Shown in pieces: positions 13,893 through 26,333 of a stretch of DNA of 64,000 bases. This stretch comes from Octopus vulgaris (taxonomy: Eukaryota). Each line of letters opens with the position of its first letter. Position 1 is the first letter of the stretch. The stretch is taken from the NCBI GenBank assembly GCA_951406725.2, contig OX597831.1:35960001-36024000 (forward strand), given 5' to 3'. The notes under the pieces are model-generated. The model saw only the letters and a program-made list of their open reading frames with translations, ran no database searches and was not told the origin of the DNA. The position numbers were made by a program, and so were the translations under genes.

Positions 13893-14128
13893 GTCTTTTA
13901 CTCTTTCACTTGTTTCAGTCATTTGACTTTGGCCATGCTGGAGCACTGCCTTTAGTCGAGCAAATCGACTCCAGGACTTATTCTTTGTAAGCCTAGTATT
14001 TATTCTATCATTCTCTTTTGCTGAACATCTAAGTTACGGGGACATAAACACAGCAGCATCGGTTGTCAAGCGAAGTTGGGGGGGACAAACACAGACACAC
14101 AAACACCTACACCTACACATACACACAC

Positions 14129-14189
<61 letters not shown>

Positions 14190-14370
14190 CATACATATAT
14201 ATATACACCTATACGATGGGGTTCTTTCAGTTTCCATCTACCAAATCCACTCACAAGGCTTTAGTCAGCCTGAGGCTATAGTAGAACACACTTTCCCAAC
14301 GTGCCACACAGTGGAACTGACCCCAGAACCATGTGGTTCATAAGCAAGCTACTTATCACACAGCAACTCA
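13893..14370 (-). mobile_element. SINE family A
   Basis: Full-length reverse-complement copy. Confidence 0.9.
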
Positions 14371-14586
14371 TATATATATATATATATATATCCAATCTGA
14401 TCCGGCAATGTTTCTACAGATGGATGCCCTTCCTAACACCAATCACTCCAAGAGTGTAGTGGGTGCTTTTTACGTGCCACTGGTGGTGGTGGTGGTGGTG
14501 GTGGTGTGTGTGTGTGTGTTAAATAAAATGAGACAACAAAGCCACGGCAGTGTGTAATTTCTAGGACATTTATAAAGAGAAAAGTA

Positions 14587-14634
14587 GTCTTACAGCTGTT
14601 TCAAGGATGTTAGGGATATCCCTTCATCAGAGAC
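14587..14634 (-). ncRNA. Type I hammerhead ribozyme, intact core
   Basis: Minus strand: gtct CTGATGA agggat atccctaac atcctt GAAAC agct GTA agac. Stems I and II pair; stem III is AC/GT around palindromic AGCT. Confidence 0.85.
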
Positions 14635-15227
14635 GATACGAGAGAGTTAAACAGAGGAAAATAGTAGAGCTCAATTTAAGATGTTATTTTGGAAAAGGAT
14701 GGAAATAAGATGTATAACAGGAATTAAGAGAATAATGATAAAAATATATGTAGGATGTTACAGCTGCAATTCCATTATCCAAGGAAAGTGCTCTACAGAA
14801 AGTGCAGATAGAAGTTCATATTTTGTTTTTACAGATGGATAATGTGGAGACATTAATTCCATGTGCTGTTCATTCAAAGGAGTCTTCATCATCATCATCA
14901 TCATCCTGCAGTGTTTTAAGTCCATGTTTTGTCCCCATTAACAGGGGTGGCCGGATCTACCTCAATGCCATAGCAACTGAGGTAGGCAGGTGCAGTGGGC
15001 TGGCTGGTGCCCATTCTTCTTTGCTATCATGAGGCTTTTTCAAAGCTGGTTTTTCTACGGGGAGCGTGCCCTTGCTAATCCCCAACCTCAGTTTCTAGAC
15101 TTGAGTGGTTCCGAGACCAAGGCCTCTACCACGATTTCAAAGAAATTTGGTAGAGAATTAACTCAGTAAGGCATGGACACTACTCCCTGAGATGATTTCA
15201 TAAACACACTCACACACATATGCATAC

Positions 15228-15632
15228 ATGGAAGAGGTAAACCTAGGAAGATATGGGATGAGGTGGTGAAGCATAATCTTTGCGCGTTGGATCTCATAGA
15301 AGTGATGACAAATGATAAAGACCTTTAGCGATTTGCTGTGCTTGAGAAGACTCTTCAAGCCAAGTGAAATAATAGTTGGGACTGGTGCCGGTGACATCTA
15401 AAAAGACTCTGTGCCAGTGACACATGAAAGGTACCCTTGCTGGTGACGTGTAAAAGGTACCCATTACACTCTTTGAGTGTTTGGTGTTAGGAGGGGCACC
15501 CAGCTGTAGAAACCACGCCAAATCAAATTGGAACTTGGTGCAGCTCTGCAGTTTACCAGTTCCAGTCAAACTGTCTAACCCATACCAGAATGGAAAGTGA
15601 ACATTAAATGATGATCATAATGATGATGATGA
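15228..15632 (+). mobile_element. RTE-clade LINE 3' end
   Basis: Translation HGRGKPRKIWDEVVKHNLCALDLIEVMTNDKDL*RFAV (RTE C-terminal RGRPRK.W...DR..W motif), then the family B 3' UTR and (GAT)n tail. Confidence 0.85.
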
Positions 15633-16193
15633 TTACACACATGCACACACACACACATGCACACACACACACATGCACACACACACACATGCACACACAT
15701 ATGCACACATGTATCTATATATACACATAATACATAAACATGTTTACATACATACATACATACACACATACATACATGCATACATACATATATATATATA
15801 GACATACATACATACATACATACATACCAACATACTTTTTTACTTATTTCAGTCATTTGCTGGAGCATCGCCTTTAAAATATAAAAGTATTGAGTCCCTC
15901 TTTAAGAAGCTATCAAACCTTCTCAAGAATGATCCTCAATGGGTTTCTCACATTCGTTAAAGGAAAGGAGCGATAGAGAAAAACCTGTTTCACGTTTAAG
16001 ACTGAATTTGATCTCACATCATCGTGATGTTGTTGATCCACTCAACAGGATCAAATACCGTTGTGGCACATACTTAAGAAATGATCCTTCATAGATATAT
16101 AAATACCTATATACACATAATCTTTGGTAAAACGAACAATATATGCAGAAATCAGAGCATGATTAATATATTCTATTATTTATAATCCACTAA

Positions 16194-16812
16194 GGTGACG
16201 AGCTGGCAGAAACATTAACACGCCGAGTGAAATGCTTAGCAGTATTTCATCTGCTGTTATGTTCTGAGTTCAAACTCCACCGGGGTTGCCTTTGCCTTTT
16301 ATACTTTTGGGGTCAATAAATTAAGTACCAATTACGCACTGGGTTCGATGTAATCAACTTAATTCCTTTTTTTGTCCTTGTTTGTCCCCTATATGTTTAG
16401 ACCCTTGTGGGTGATAAAGAAATAAGAAACATTAGCATGCTGGGTGAAATGCTTAGCGGTATTTCGTCTGCCGTTACGTTCTGAGTTTAAAATTCCACCG
16501 AGGTCGTCTTTGCCTTTCATCCTTTCGGCGTCGATTAAATAAGTACCAGTTACCCGCTGAGGTCGATATAATCGACTTAATCCATTTGTCTGTCCTTGTT
16601 TGTCCTCTCTGTGTTTAGCCCCTTGTGGGTAGTAAAGAAAAAGGTATTTTGTTTGTCTTTACATTCTGAATTCAAATTCTGCTGAAGTTGACTTTGCCTT
16701 TCATCCTTTCGGGGTCAATAAATTAAGTACCAGTTGCATACTGGGGTTGATCTAATCGACTAGCTTCCCCTTCCCCCAAAATTTGAGGCCTTGTGCCTAA
16801 AGTAGAAAAGAA
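16194..16812 (+). mobile_element. Tandem array of three SINE family C units
   Basis: Units start at ~16194, ~16427 and ~16643; each has TTTGCCTTT.AT.CTTT.GG.GTC.AT.AA.TAAGTACCA. Confidence 0.85.
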
Positions 16813-16905
16813 TATTCATAAACCACAGGTGTTATGAAGTGACTCAAAAGAATTTCATGCATGCAGCCCACCACACATGCATATATATATATATATATGT
16901 TTGTG

Positions 16906-16939
<34 letters not shown>

Positions 16940-17434
16940 GTATATATCTATATGTATATAAATATCTATCTATCTATATTTATATATATATATATATGTG
17001 AGTGTGTGTGTATATATGTGTATATGCATGTATGTGCATACTGCACTATTATTTATACTTGTTTACTGTCCGTCAGGCATATCATTTATCATTTATCTGT
17101 GGTTTGAAAGCTTTTGTCATATCACCAAAATACTGCTGATTGTAAATTTTATCAAGGGCAAAAGTTATTCAGGGAAGAAGATATCTCAAAGCTATTTAAA
17201 GCCATATGAAGCGAGATAAGCTTTATAAACACATCTATTAAAAAATATGAACAAAAAGAGGACAAAGGTAGACCTTAATTCTTTGAACATTATATCAAAA
17301 ATAAACCAATTATCAACATTCTAACAGAGCTTTACACTTACACATTTGTAAACATACATTTGGAAATTTCAAAATGGTTTCTATTCCTTGCCAAAGAAAA
17401 ATTTGCTTTACTTTTTAGAATATATGTCATATGT

Positions 17435-17520
<86 letters not shown>

Positions 17521-17531
17521 TATATATATAT

Positions 17532-17679
17532 ATCATCATCATCATCATCATCATCATCATTTAGCGTCTGCTTTCCATGCTAGCATGGGTTGGACGGTTC
17601 AACTGGGGTCTGTGAAGCCAGAAGGCTGCATCAGGCCCAGTATATATATATAAACATACACACACACACACACACGCAC

Positions 17680-17731
<52 letters not shown>

Positions 17732-17950
17732 TCGTTTATCGTTTCATTTAGCGTCCGTTTTCCATGCTAGCATGGGTTGGATGGGTCAACTGGGGTCTGT
17801 GAAGCTGGAAGGCTTCGTCAGGCCCAGTCAGATCTGGCAGTGTTTCTACGGCTGGATGCCCTTCCTAACGCCAACCACTCCGCGAGTGTTGTGGGTGTTT
17901 TTTACGTGCCACCTGCACAGGTGCCAGACAGAGCTGGCGAATGGCCACAT
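17532..17950 (-). mobile_element. Two family B (RTE-tail) copies separated by microsatellite
   Basis: TTTAGCGTC.G.TTTCCATGCTAGCATGGGTTGGA...GGGGTCTGTGAAGC occurs twice. Confidence 0.85.
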
Positions 17951-18090
17951 ATATATATATATATTTACATATATATAAAATGTAAAGTTAATGAAATGAA
18001 CTGTTTATACATATATATTGTGGAACTTTCTTTCAATGTATTTGATAACACAAGTTGGTATCCAGATTGTTATAAATAATCTTCTCTACT

Positions 18091-18126
<36 letters not shown>

Positions 18127-18310
18127 GCAAGAGGTCAAATTGTTTCTTGAAAACATCTACCCTATCTCCATGGAGATCTCTCAAAGAGCTGTAGGCCCTT
18201 GAACTCCAGCTGTTGCTGTACATGTTCTTCACATTAGATGAAACAGCTGGGACTTTTGGAACAGTGCAGTGACATCTAATTTGAGGTCTGGTATAACTCT
18301 CAATTCCAAA
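18127..18310 (-). pseudogene. CR1/L2-type LINE RT C-terminal remnant
   Basis: Translation HCTVPKVPAVSSNVKNMYSNSWSSRAYSSLRDLHGDRVDVFKKQFDLLL resembles the LP..LR.....V..FK..LD..L end of CR1-group ORF2. Confidence 0.6.
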
Positions 18311-18391
18311 GTATGTATGAATATATATGCCCCAGCATGGCCACAGCTCATAGGCTGGAACTGGAATCAATCATATAAATATATATATATA

Positions 18392-19350
18392 TAATACAAA
18401 TTGGGACAAGGACGCAAAACATCCAGACAGTTTGGTGATACAAAAAAGGGACAACAAAACATTCAGATAGACGATATAAAGAAAATAGGGGCAGGTCATT
18501 TGGAGTTTCTTTCCTCAGTTTAGTTCCAGACTGTCTTTGCAATTTCAGCTGGTTATACTCGAGATTGCTCCAATCTGGTCAGCCCCAAGGATAAACTAAG
18601 CTAAGAGCATTAGATTCCTTGGAAGGAAGCTGCGAATGTATATGAAAAAAAGGATGGAAAAAAAACGGAGAATGTTACACAAATACAAATAACAGGACAT
18701 AACAACAGGTGTCTTTCGACTAAGGATGAATTAAATTAAGCTGGCATATGTGGAAATAAAGCCTTACAGCAGGGATACAAGATTTCACAGGCACAGGGAG
18801 GAATATAGATGTTGCATGAATGACGGTTGAACCAAGAAAGATCAGGCTTGGTTGAACATCAGTCACGTGGGGAAAGAAGAGAGAGAGGTAGAGGCAGAGC
18901 GACAGAAGAATAAAGGAGGGGCAAGAAAAAATGACAGGGACACAGTGAGGTGAAAGGAGGAGGGAAAGTGAGCAAGAAGAGAAGGCAGGGAAACGTTAGA
19001 GAGGGGGAACAAAAGAACGAAGAGTGGAATGAACGAATAAGCGTGAAAGTGCTGATAGAAAGAAAGAATAGTTGAACAAGATTTAAATAAATATATACTT
19101 ACATATAAGAGACCAAAGTGTATGTACACCGCTATATATATATATATATATAGATATATGTATATGCATATATATATAAAAATACACAATGGGACAAGAA
19201 CGCAAACATCCAGACAGGTGATACAAAAAAGGGACAACAAAACATCCAGATAGACGATACAAAGTAAACAAGGATGGGCTATATTCAGAGTTTTCTTTCC
19301 TCAGTCAAGTTCCTGATTGTCATTGCAATTTCTGCTGGTTATACTTGATA
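18392..19350. mobile_element. Unclassified microsatellite-flanked repeat: partial tandem copies, plus an inverted copy at 50275-50390
   Basis: ATAC.AA.TGGGACAAG.ACGCAAA.CATCCAGACAG...ATACAAAAAAGGGACAACAAAACAT.CAGATAGACGATA at 18393 and 19181. Possibly PLE-derived (inference). Confidence 0.6.
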
Positions 19351-19392
19351 CACACACACACACTCACACACACATATATACATATATGTATG

Positions 19393-19428
<36 letters not shown>

Positions 19429-20496
19429 TACATACATTCACATATGCATATACATAAATTGGTGCATAAAGACTTATAATTTCTGTCTCACTTTGCACAC
19501 ACACACACATGCATTCACTCACATTCACACAAACCAATACACATATATGTATGTATTTATGTATATTGGGTGTTTTATACATATGCACACAAATAGATGC
19601 ACATGCACACACACACACACACACATGGATATATTTATCTATCTAAGCGTGTTTTATATAAATATACACATAAAAATAGATACACATACACACACACATG
19701 TATATATTTATATATCAGCATTTTATATAAATATGCATATAAAAATAGATACACATACACACACACATACACATGTATATATTTATATATCTGTATTTTA
19801 TATAAATATATACATAAAAATAGATACACATCCACAGAAACAAACACACACACAAATAAAATTTAATTGCTATACATCAAATGATTTCCAGTTTTCTATA
19901 CAAGTTAAAGATATAAGCTGGATGAATAAACAATGACCATGGTTAACGATAGTTTGTCTTAACTTACAGTTTCCTGTTTTTTTTTATTTCAAATATTGCT
20001 ATCTATAACCGCAAAGATGAGATGATATTGTTTTGCAGAGCTTATCCATGATTTTATAGCTTCAACCGAATATATATAACTTTTTGCCTTCAATATAAAA
20101 TGCAACACTCACACAAGAACTTTCCATGCGATAGTTTTTATCTATGCATGGCAAGTGAGCGACATTTCTGTCGATAAATCATGGTCACCAATAATTTATA
20201 CAACTGAAAGCTAAAAGGTATGTATTTGCTAATGATAGTTGTTGTGGCTGGTGTTGTTGTTTAACCCCAGGTAAAGCCTGCTTGAGTAGTACTCCGATGG
20301 GAGGCATTGCAGTTTAAATCATGCTGATCTTTTATATTCTGCTATTTTGTCTTTTACACACACACACACACAGATATGCACACAGACACAGACACAGACA
20401 CACACACAGACACACACACACACACACACACACACAGATATGCACACAGACACATACACATACACACACACACATACACATATATATACACATATA

Positions 20497-20860
20497 GTCT
20501 TTTACTTTTTTACTTGTTTCAGTCATTTGACTGTGGCCATGCTGGAGCACCTCCTTTAGTCGAGCAAATCGACCCCAAAACTTATTCTTTGTAAGCCTAG
20601 TACCTATTCTACCGGTCCCTTTTTTTGATCTGTTAGGTTATGGGGATGTAAACACACCAGTATCGGTTGTCAAGCGATGCTGGGGGGACAGACACACAAA
20701 CATATACACACACACATACATATACATATATATATATATATATATACATATACGACAGGCATCTTCCAGTTTCTGTCTACGAAATCCACTCATAAGGCTT
20801 TTGTCGGCCCGAAGCTATAGTAGAAGACACTTGCCCAAGGTGCCATGCAGTGGGACTGGG
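20497..20860 (-). mobile_element. SINE family A, head truncated
   Basis: Reverse-complement family A. Confidence 0.9.
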
Positions 20861-20986
20861 GGTTTAGTACATAGGTGTCCTAAATGACTAGGTATGCTCG
20901 GTAACTGCTGTAATGGATTACCCAGGTTCCAAGGTTATAGCTGAGATGGTAGTTACAGAGCCATTGCAGATTTCCTATATAGCAGA

Positions 20987-21128
20987 TATATGATTGTTAA
21001 AGAGGACAACAAGCGTTAAGGCAAGGCAAACATCTCAACTCATATAAGTTATTATTATTGGAAAAAATTCAAAGTATAAGACTTGAGATGTTTGGCTTAA
21101 TGTTTGTTGTCCTCTTTAACAATTATAT
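20987..21128. repeat. Short foldback flanked by TA runs
   Basis: ATTGTTAAAGAGGACAACAA...CAAACATCTCAA pairs with TTGAGATGTTTG...TTGTTGTCCTCTTTAACAAT. Confidence 0.85.
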
Positions 21129-21140
21129 ATATATTTATAA

Positions 21141-21575
21141 TATATACAGTGTACATTTAAACACATAAGAGGTATTCTTCATAGTCCAAACCACTATTAA
21201 GAATAAAAACTAGTATGAAAAATAAAAACATTTACCATCTATTTCCTGGACCATGGTTTCTGACATTTTTAGAAAATAAATTATTTAGTGAATAAATTAT
21301 TTTATTTGCTAAAAATGTCAGAAACCATGATCCAGAAAATGGATGGTAAATGTTTTTATTTTTCATTCCCTTCAAGTTTTTATCCCTAATAGTAGTTTGG
21401 ACTCTAGCTGTTCCTTCTAGCAGGAAAGGAATTGTGTGAAGGATACCTCTTATGTGTTTAAATGTACGCTGTATTTATATGAATAATATATAGTCTATTG
21501 ACTAATTTTTGTACATGCTAGGCCACAGATTGTAAAAATTTCTAAAATCTTTATTACCCTGATATTATTAATTAT
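21141..21575. mobile_element. Head-to-head foldback of an HHR-bearing repeat family
   Basis: 21141-21287 is inverted relative to ~21291-21480. Both arms keep the 3' half of an HHR (GAAAC CATG GTC on the left arm, minus strand). Confidence 0.75.
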
Positions 21576-22537
21576 ATATGTATATATATGTAGGGAGAAT
21601 TCACAAAAAAACAAAAGTCAAAGACAGGTGGTGTAGAAAACAAACAGAGGTATTAGTATACTGTACCATAGACAGTATTGAGATCTATGAAATTAATTCA
21701 AATTCCAGCACATACAACTATAGTCCAATGACTGGAACCAGAAAAGAAAAAGTGAAAGAAGTGTATATTGAACTACATTTTGAAAGAATCATTTCTTTCA
21801 TAAAATGATACAAGATTTTGTGGGGATTTGGCTGCTATTGCTAGCTGTCCGAGTAGTGATGTGTATTTGTTTATAATGTTGGTGGACTGAGCGAGTAAGA
21901 ATGAATAATGTTTTGTCAGGAAGAGATCAGAAGCACTGGAATTATAGACTAAACACAGTCTACGTTCTTCATTCATATTTTATTCAGTCATGTTGCAGTC
22001 ACTTTCATTTTACTAAACTGTATATATAATTATTATTTAGAGCACATTTTTAGAAATCACTCAAGTTGCACAATAATTCAGTTCTCGAAGACAAAATTTG
22101 TTTTTAAATGTTCTTCGGTATGTATACAGAAGTGTGTAATTTATTTCATAGACCAGGCTTTCACTTAAATATAGTTATCTGTGCAAAAGATCTGGACCAG
22201 ACGGATAGTTTTGCTCAAATTGATTAAATATTTCTCCGTCTAGCTTAGCTTAGCTCTTCAAAGTAATGAAATCAGGTGGGGAGAGAAGGAAAAGTTAACC
22301 CTTCATAATGTTTCCTTCTACTATCAGACAGTCACCAAGTTAGTTCTCTTCTAACTTCCAACATAAGAGACATCCATTAATGGGTGATTGAAGAATGATT
22401 TAAATATAAGACCACTGAAGTTGAATTTAAATTTAGCACCATCGGTCAATTGAACCTTTGTTGCAATTTTACAAAGCAAAGTTGGTGTACAGTAGTGAGT
22501 TATTTTCACTCAGGGGATTTTATCTACAGTTCAGTAG

Positions 22538-22800
22538 ATCATCATCATCATCGTCATCATCATCATCATTTAATGTCTGTTTCCGATGCTGGCATGGGTT
22601 GGACGGTTTGAGATGAGCTGGCAAGGCCCGGGGCTGGACCAAGTTCCAATTGTCTGTTTTGGCTCGGTTCCTGCAGCTGGATGCCCTTCTTAACACCAAC
22701 CACTTTACAAAGTGTACTGGGTTCTTTTTACATGACACCGTTACCACTATTTTTTACACGGCACCATCACCAGTGCTTTTTATATGGCATCAGGTTCAGA
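22538..22800 (-). mobile_element. Family B (RTE-tail) element
   Basis: (CAT)n tail plus CTGGATGCCCTTCTTAACACCAACCAC. Confidence 0.8.
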
Positions 22801-22854
22801 GTTTTGTACATGGCACAAGCAAGTTAGAATATGTCTCTGAGGGTTGTTATATAT

Positions 22855-23110
22855 AATATAATAAAATTATTGTATACAGTGCTCAGGTGCACCACAACTT
22901 GTCAAAAAGTGCGTATAAAGTATATGCAGTAATGTACAAATGTCTGGAAAGCGAACAGTGTATGAGTCAGATACATGCTTGTGTGTGTACGGAGGGAAGA
23001 AAATCAGGTGTAGTGTTGGCGAATCTCAGGAAGCATGGAAGTTTTGAAGGATGCAGTGCTCTGACAACTAACAACTGATGCCAGCAGTCTGTTCCATGCT
23101 TCAGCAACTA
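22855..23110 (-). mobile_element. CR1-type LINE 3' end
   Basis: Minus-strand translation VAEAWNRLLASVVSCQSTASFKTSMLPEIRQHYT* (WN.LP..VV....FK motif), then a 3' UTR and AT-rich tail. Confidence 0.8.
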
Positions 23111-23594
23111 GTTGACTCACTCCTAATAATAGCCAATTCACTTTCTAATCAAGAATCTATTTGTTTTAAAACAAAGAAAGGACACATTAGATGGTCCGAG
23201 ATAATGAACACATAGTCATACATACATAAGTGAAGACATAAGAAAATTTTCATAACATTGTTCCAGGTTCAATCCTGCTGCTTGGCATCTTGGGTGTGTA
23301 CCTTCCTAACTTACCATTCTGCTGACCAATAGGTTGCATGTAAAATTTACAAGATGGCAATGGTGTAGAGGTTCACTGTGTGTATGCATACAAGTTGTGT
23401 ATGAATGTATGCACACACACACACACACAGACAGACACACACACACACAGACAGATAGACAGACAGACAGACACACACACACACACACAAACACACATTT
23501 ATATAAATATACATACATACCCATATCTATCTATCTATCTATCTATCCATCTAACTATCTATCTATCTATCTATCTCTCTCTCTCTCTCTCTCT

Positions 23595-23649
<55 letters not shown>

Positions 23650-23924
23650 TTAATAAGGGTGAGAGAATTAGATACTAATTTAATAGTATATCTATTCTAC
23701 ACCAAGTGGCCTAGTGCTCCGAGAAACCTGGATTATTATAATATTTTACAATATATTATAATATTTTTACAAAATAAATATAAGAGAGTGGTCACTATAT
23801 GGCTCACTCTAGCACCAGTTAATCCAAAAGGTTTCAACCACAAAAATACATGCTTCCCATGAAAGTTAGTACGATTGTTAGCTCACACGGACAGGGCAAA
23901 TAAAAAATAACAAAATACAGATTA

Positions 23925-24007
23925 TTTTGGGACAATTGTTTCGCTATTAATGAATTAAATGTAATTTTACTTACAATTAAAATCCACTTGTAGCTCTTCA
24001 GCCAAAA
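23925..24007 (-). ncRNA. Type I hammerhead ribozyme, inverted copy
   Basis: Exact reverse complement of 24420-24502. Confidence 0.9.
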
Positions 24008-24419
24008 CTATCTGGATGAAATCCACTCAATCACACGCCAGATTTTACCATAACGATAAATACGCGTGTGGTTCAATTGCTAGAGTGAGCCATATAGTGA
24101 CCACTCTCTTATATTTATTTTGTAAAAATATTATAATATATTGTAAAATATTATAATAATCCAGGTTTCTCGGAGCACTAGGCCACTTGGTGTAGAATAG
24201 ATATACTATTAAATTAGTATCTAATTCTCTCACCCTTATTAATTAATTATAATTATGCTGCATTTATTTCTAAATGCTGTATTTGTTTTCCGTGAGAGTT
24301 TGGCGCACTGTTAGTTGGGGCATTTGAATTATAACGTCGGATGTAATCAATTGAACCACACGCGTATTTATCGTTATGGTAAAATCTGGCGTGTGATTGA
24401 GTGGATTTCATCCAGATAG

Positions 24420-24502
24420 TTTTGGCTGAAGAGCTACAAGTGGATTTTAATTGTAAGTAAAATTACATTTAATTCATTAATAGCGAAACAATTGTCCCAA
24501 AA
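24420..24502 (+). ncRNA. Type I hammerhead ribozyme, intact core
   Basis: ttttgg CTGAAGA gcta [44 nt] tagc GAAAC aatt GTC ccaaaa. Stem I is 6 bp, stem II 4 bp with G10.1-C11.1, palindromic loop III, GUC triplet; predicted cleavage after 24496. Confidence 0.9.
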
Positions 24503-24940
24503 TAATCTGTATTTTGTTATTTTTTATTTGCCCTGTCCGTGTGAGCTAACAATCGTACTAACTTTCATGGGAAGCATGTATTTTTGTGGTTGAAACCTTT
24601 TGGATTAACTGGTGCTAGAGTGAGCCATATAGTGACCACTCTCTTATATTTATTTATTTTATATATATATATATATATATCTGTCTGTCAATCTAATTTA
24701 TCTAACTACCTAAGCCTATGAGTATCTCACTGTCTGTCTAGCTCTATGTAGTAATTTAGAACAATGTCTATACTGTTCTTGTCAACTTGACTATAATTTT
24801 AAACTTGAAACTTCTTGGCTTACTATGTGGGGTAGTCTGGTAGACATTTTTCCATATATGTCTATACATATATACATATATATATATACATATATATACA
24901 TATATATATGTATGTATATATGTGGATGTCTGTGTGTGTA

Positions 24941-24986
<46 letters not shown>

Positions 24987-25036
24987 TATATATACATATA
25001 TATATATATAAACATATGTATACATATATATATATA

Positions 25037-26333
25037 CTAGCAAACGCACCCGTCCTTTGGATGGTTTAAGTTGCTTTCGTTGTATTTTTTCACCAAATAA
25101 TTGAACTACCAAGATGGTTTATGTGTAGCATGGCAATCTGTTTCCGATTAACTTAGGAACGGAAAATCAAATTGAAGGCTGGTTATTGTGGAGGTCATTG
25201 CACTTTGATTATCATAGAACATATAAGTTTGCAAGCGATGTAAGGTAGATCTACTGAAGTGTTTTGGGAGTAGATTACGGATAATGACTACAAAATATAG
25301 TTGTTTTACATGAAAGCAAAATTTCTTGTCAGAAACAGCCACATAAATGGTGTAAGGAAATTAAAGGAAGATGTTGAAACTTCTCGTCTGCGAGTTTATC
25401 AACAGCAAAGGGAGTTACTTTTTCGGAGAGAAAAGCTAACAAGAGCACCTTTATTCTATCTTCCCACATAGTGTGCAGTTAAACCAACACTGAATGCTGC
25501 ATAAAGTTAAATTAGTATGGAGCTTCATGAAAGATACGTATAGCTTTCGCTAGTGGAAGCAAAACTCTTATTTAAAGGTTGATTCTTTGGGTCGAATCAT
25601 ATGTGAGTGTTTAAAAAAGGCTAGAATGACAATGCTAAAACCTATTTGAAGCAAATGGACAGTAGTCGAAATATCATAATGGCTGGGTAAAAAAGCATCT
25701 TTAAAGTGAAACAACGGTATCAAAGGTAAAACAAAAAGGTATCAACAATCAGAAGAGAGGGAAGGGAAATATCAAGTTTCAAGTAACTCAGAATAGGTAA
25801 AGGTAAGCTTGCCAAAGTTTAATGCAGTTTCAATATGTAGATTAAGATAGTTTGGTATTGGATATTCATCACGTATAATTTTCCTCGTCAACTGAATCAC
25901 CATCGTAAGTGGACAGCAGAAATAAATAGATGAAATACTTTCACTTTTATAAAAAGATTAAAAACAAAACGAGGGCAAAAGGCACTCGACTTTTCACAAT
26001 GAAAAACCGTTTTCTAGTAGCCGGAATTTCACGACAAAACGTATGCTTATGAAGCACAACAGCCTGCAGTGCACACTGCTGGGCATTAAAAGCCAATCGC
26101 ACAAATCTAGAAGGGCTCTGGGTCCTCTTGAATCGATAAAAAATCACTCATTTTGCCATAGCAACCACATCTTTATAGCTTGCAAATTTTAACCATTGCG
26201 GGTCTCATCTTCACTATGCATTTAGTAACCCTGCCAATTTTCAGCTCGATCCTAGCCTTGGTTTGGCCACCATTAAACGTCAAAGCAAAATGTGCATACA
26301 ATTTTCGTCCAAGGACTGTTTTATAGATATAGA
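25037..26333 (-). mobile_element. Non-autonomous Helitron (~1.3 kb)
   Basis: Minus strand starts A|TCTATATCTATA at 26333 and ends ...CCATCCAAAGGACGGGTGCGTTTGCTAG|T at 25037: 5' TC, 3' hairpin plus CTAG, inserted between A and T. Confidence 0.7.

Larger units (their letters stand above)
23643..24660. mobile_element. Young non-coding hammerhead element (retrozyme / PLE pseudo-LTR-like), head-to-head, in (TA)n
   Basis: Layout A-B | A'-C-B'-A'(partial). 23645-23811 is the reverse complement of 24079-24249; 23812-24078 is the reverse complement of 24347-24613; A' repeats at 24614 (period 535 nt). I see no mismatches by eye. Confidence 0.9.

Noticed and set aside
14832-14890. Plus-strand exon after ttttgtttttacag (MDNVETLIPCAVHSK)
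   Set aside because: No donor site before a (CAT)n repeat and no partner exons found.
23659-24233. Two ORFs with identical N-termini (MRELDTNLIV...)
   Set aside because: A by-product of the inverted repeat; both are antisense to the local HHR polarity, have GTG starts and no motif.
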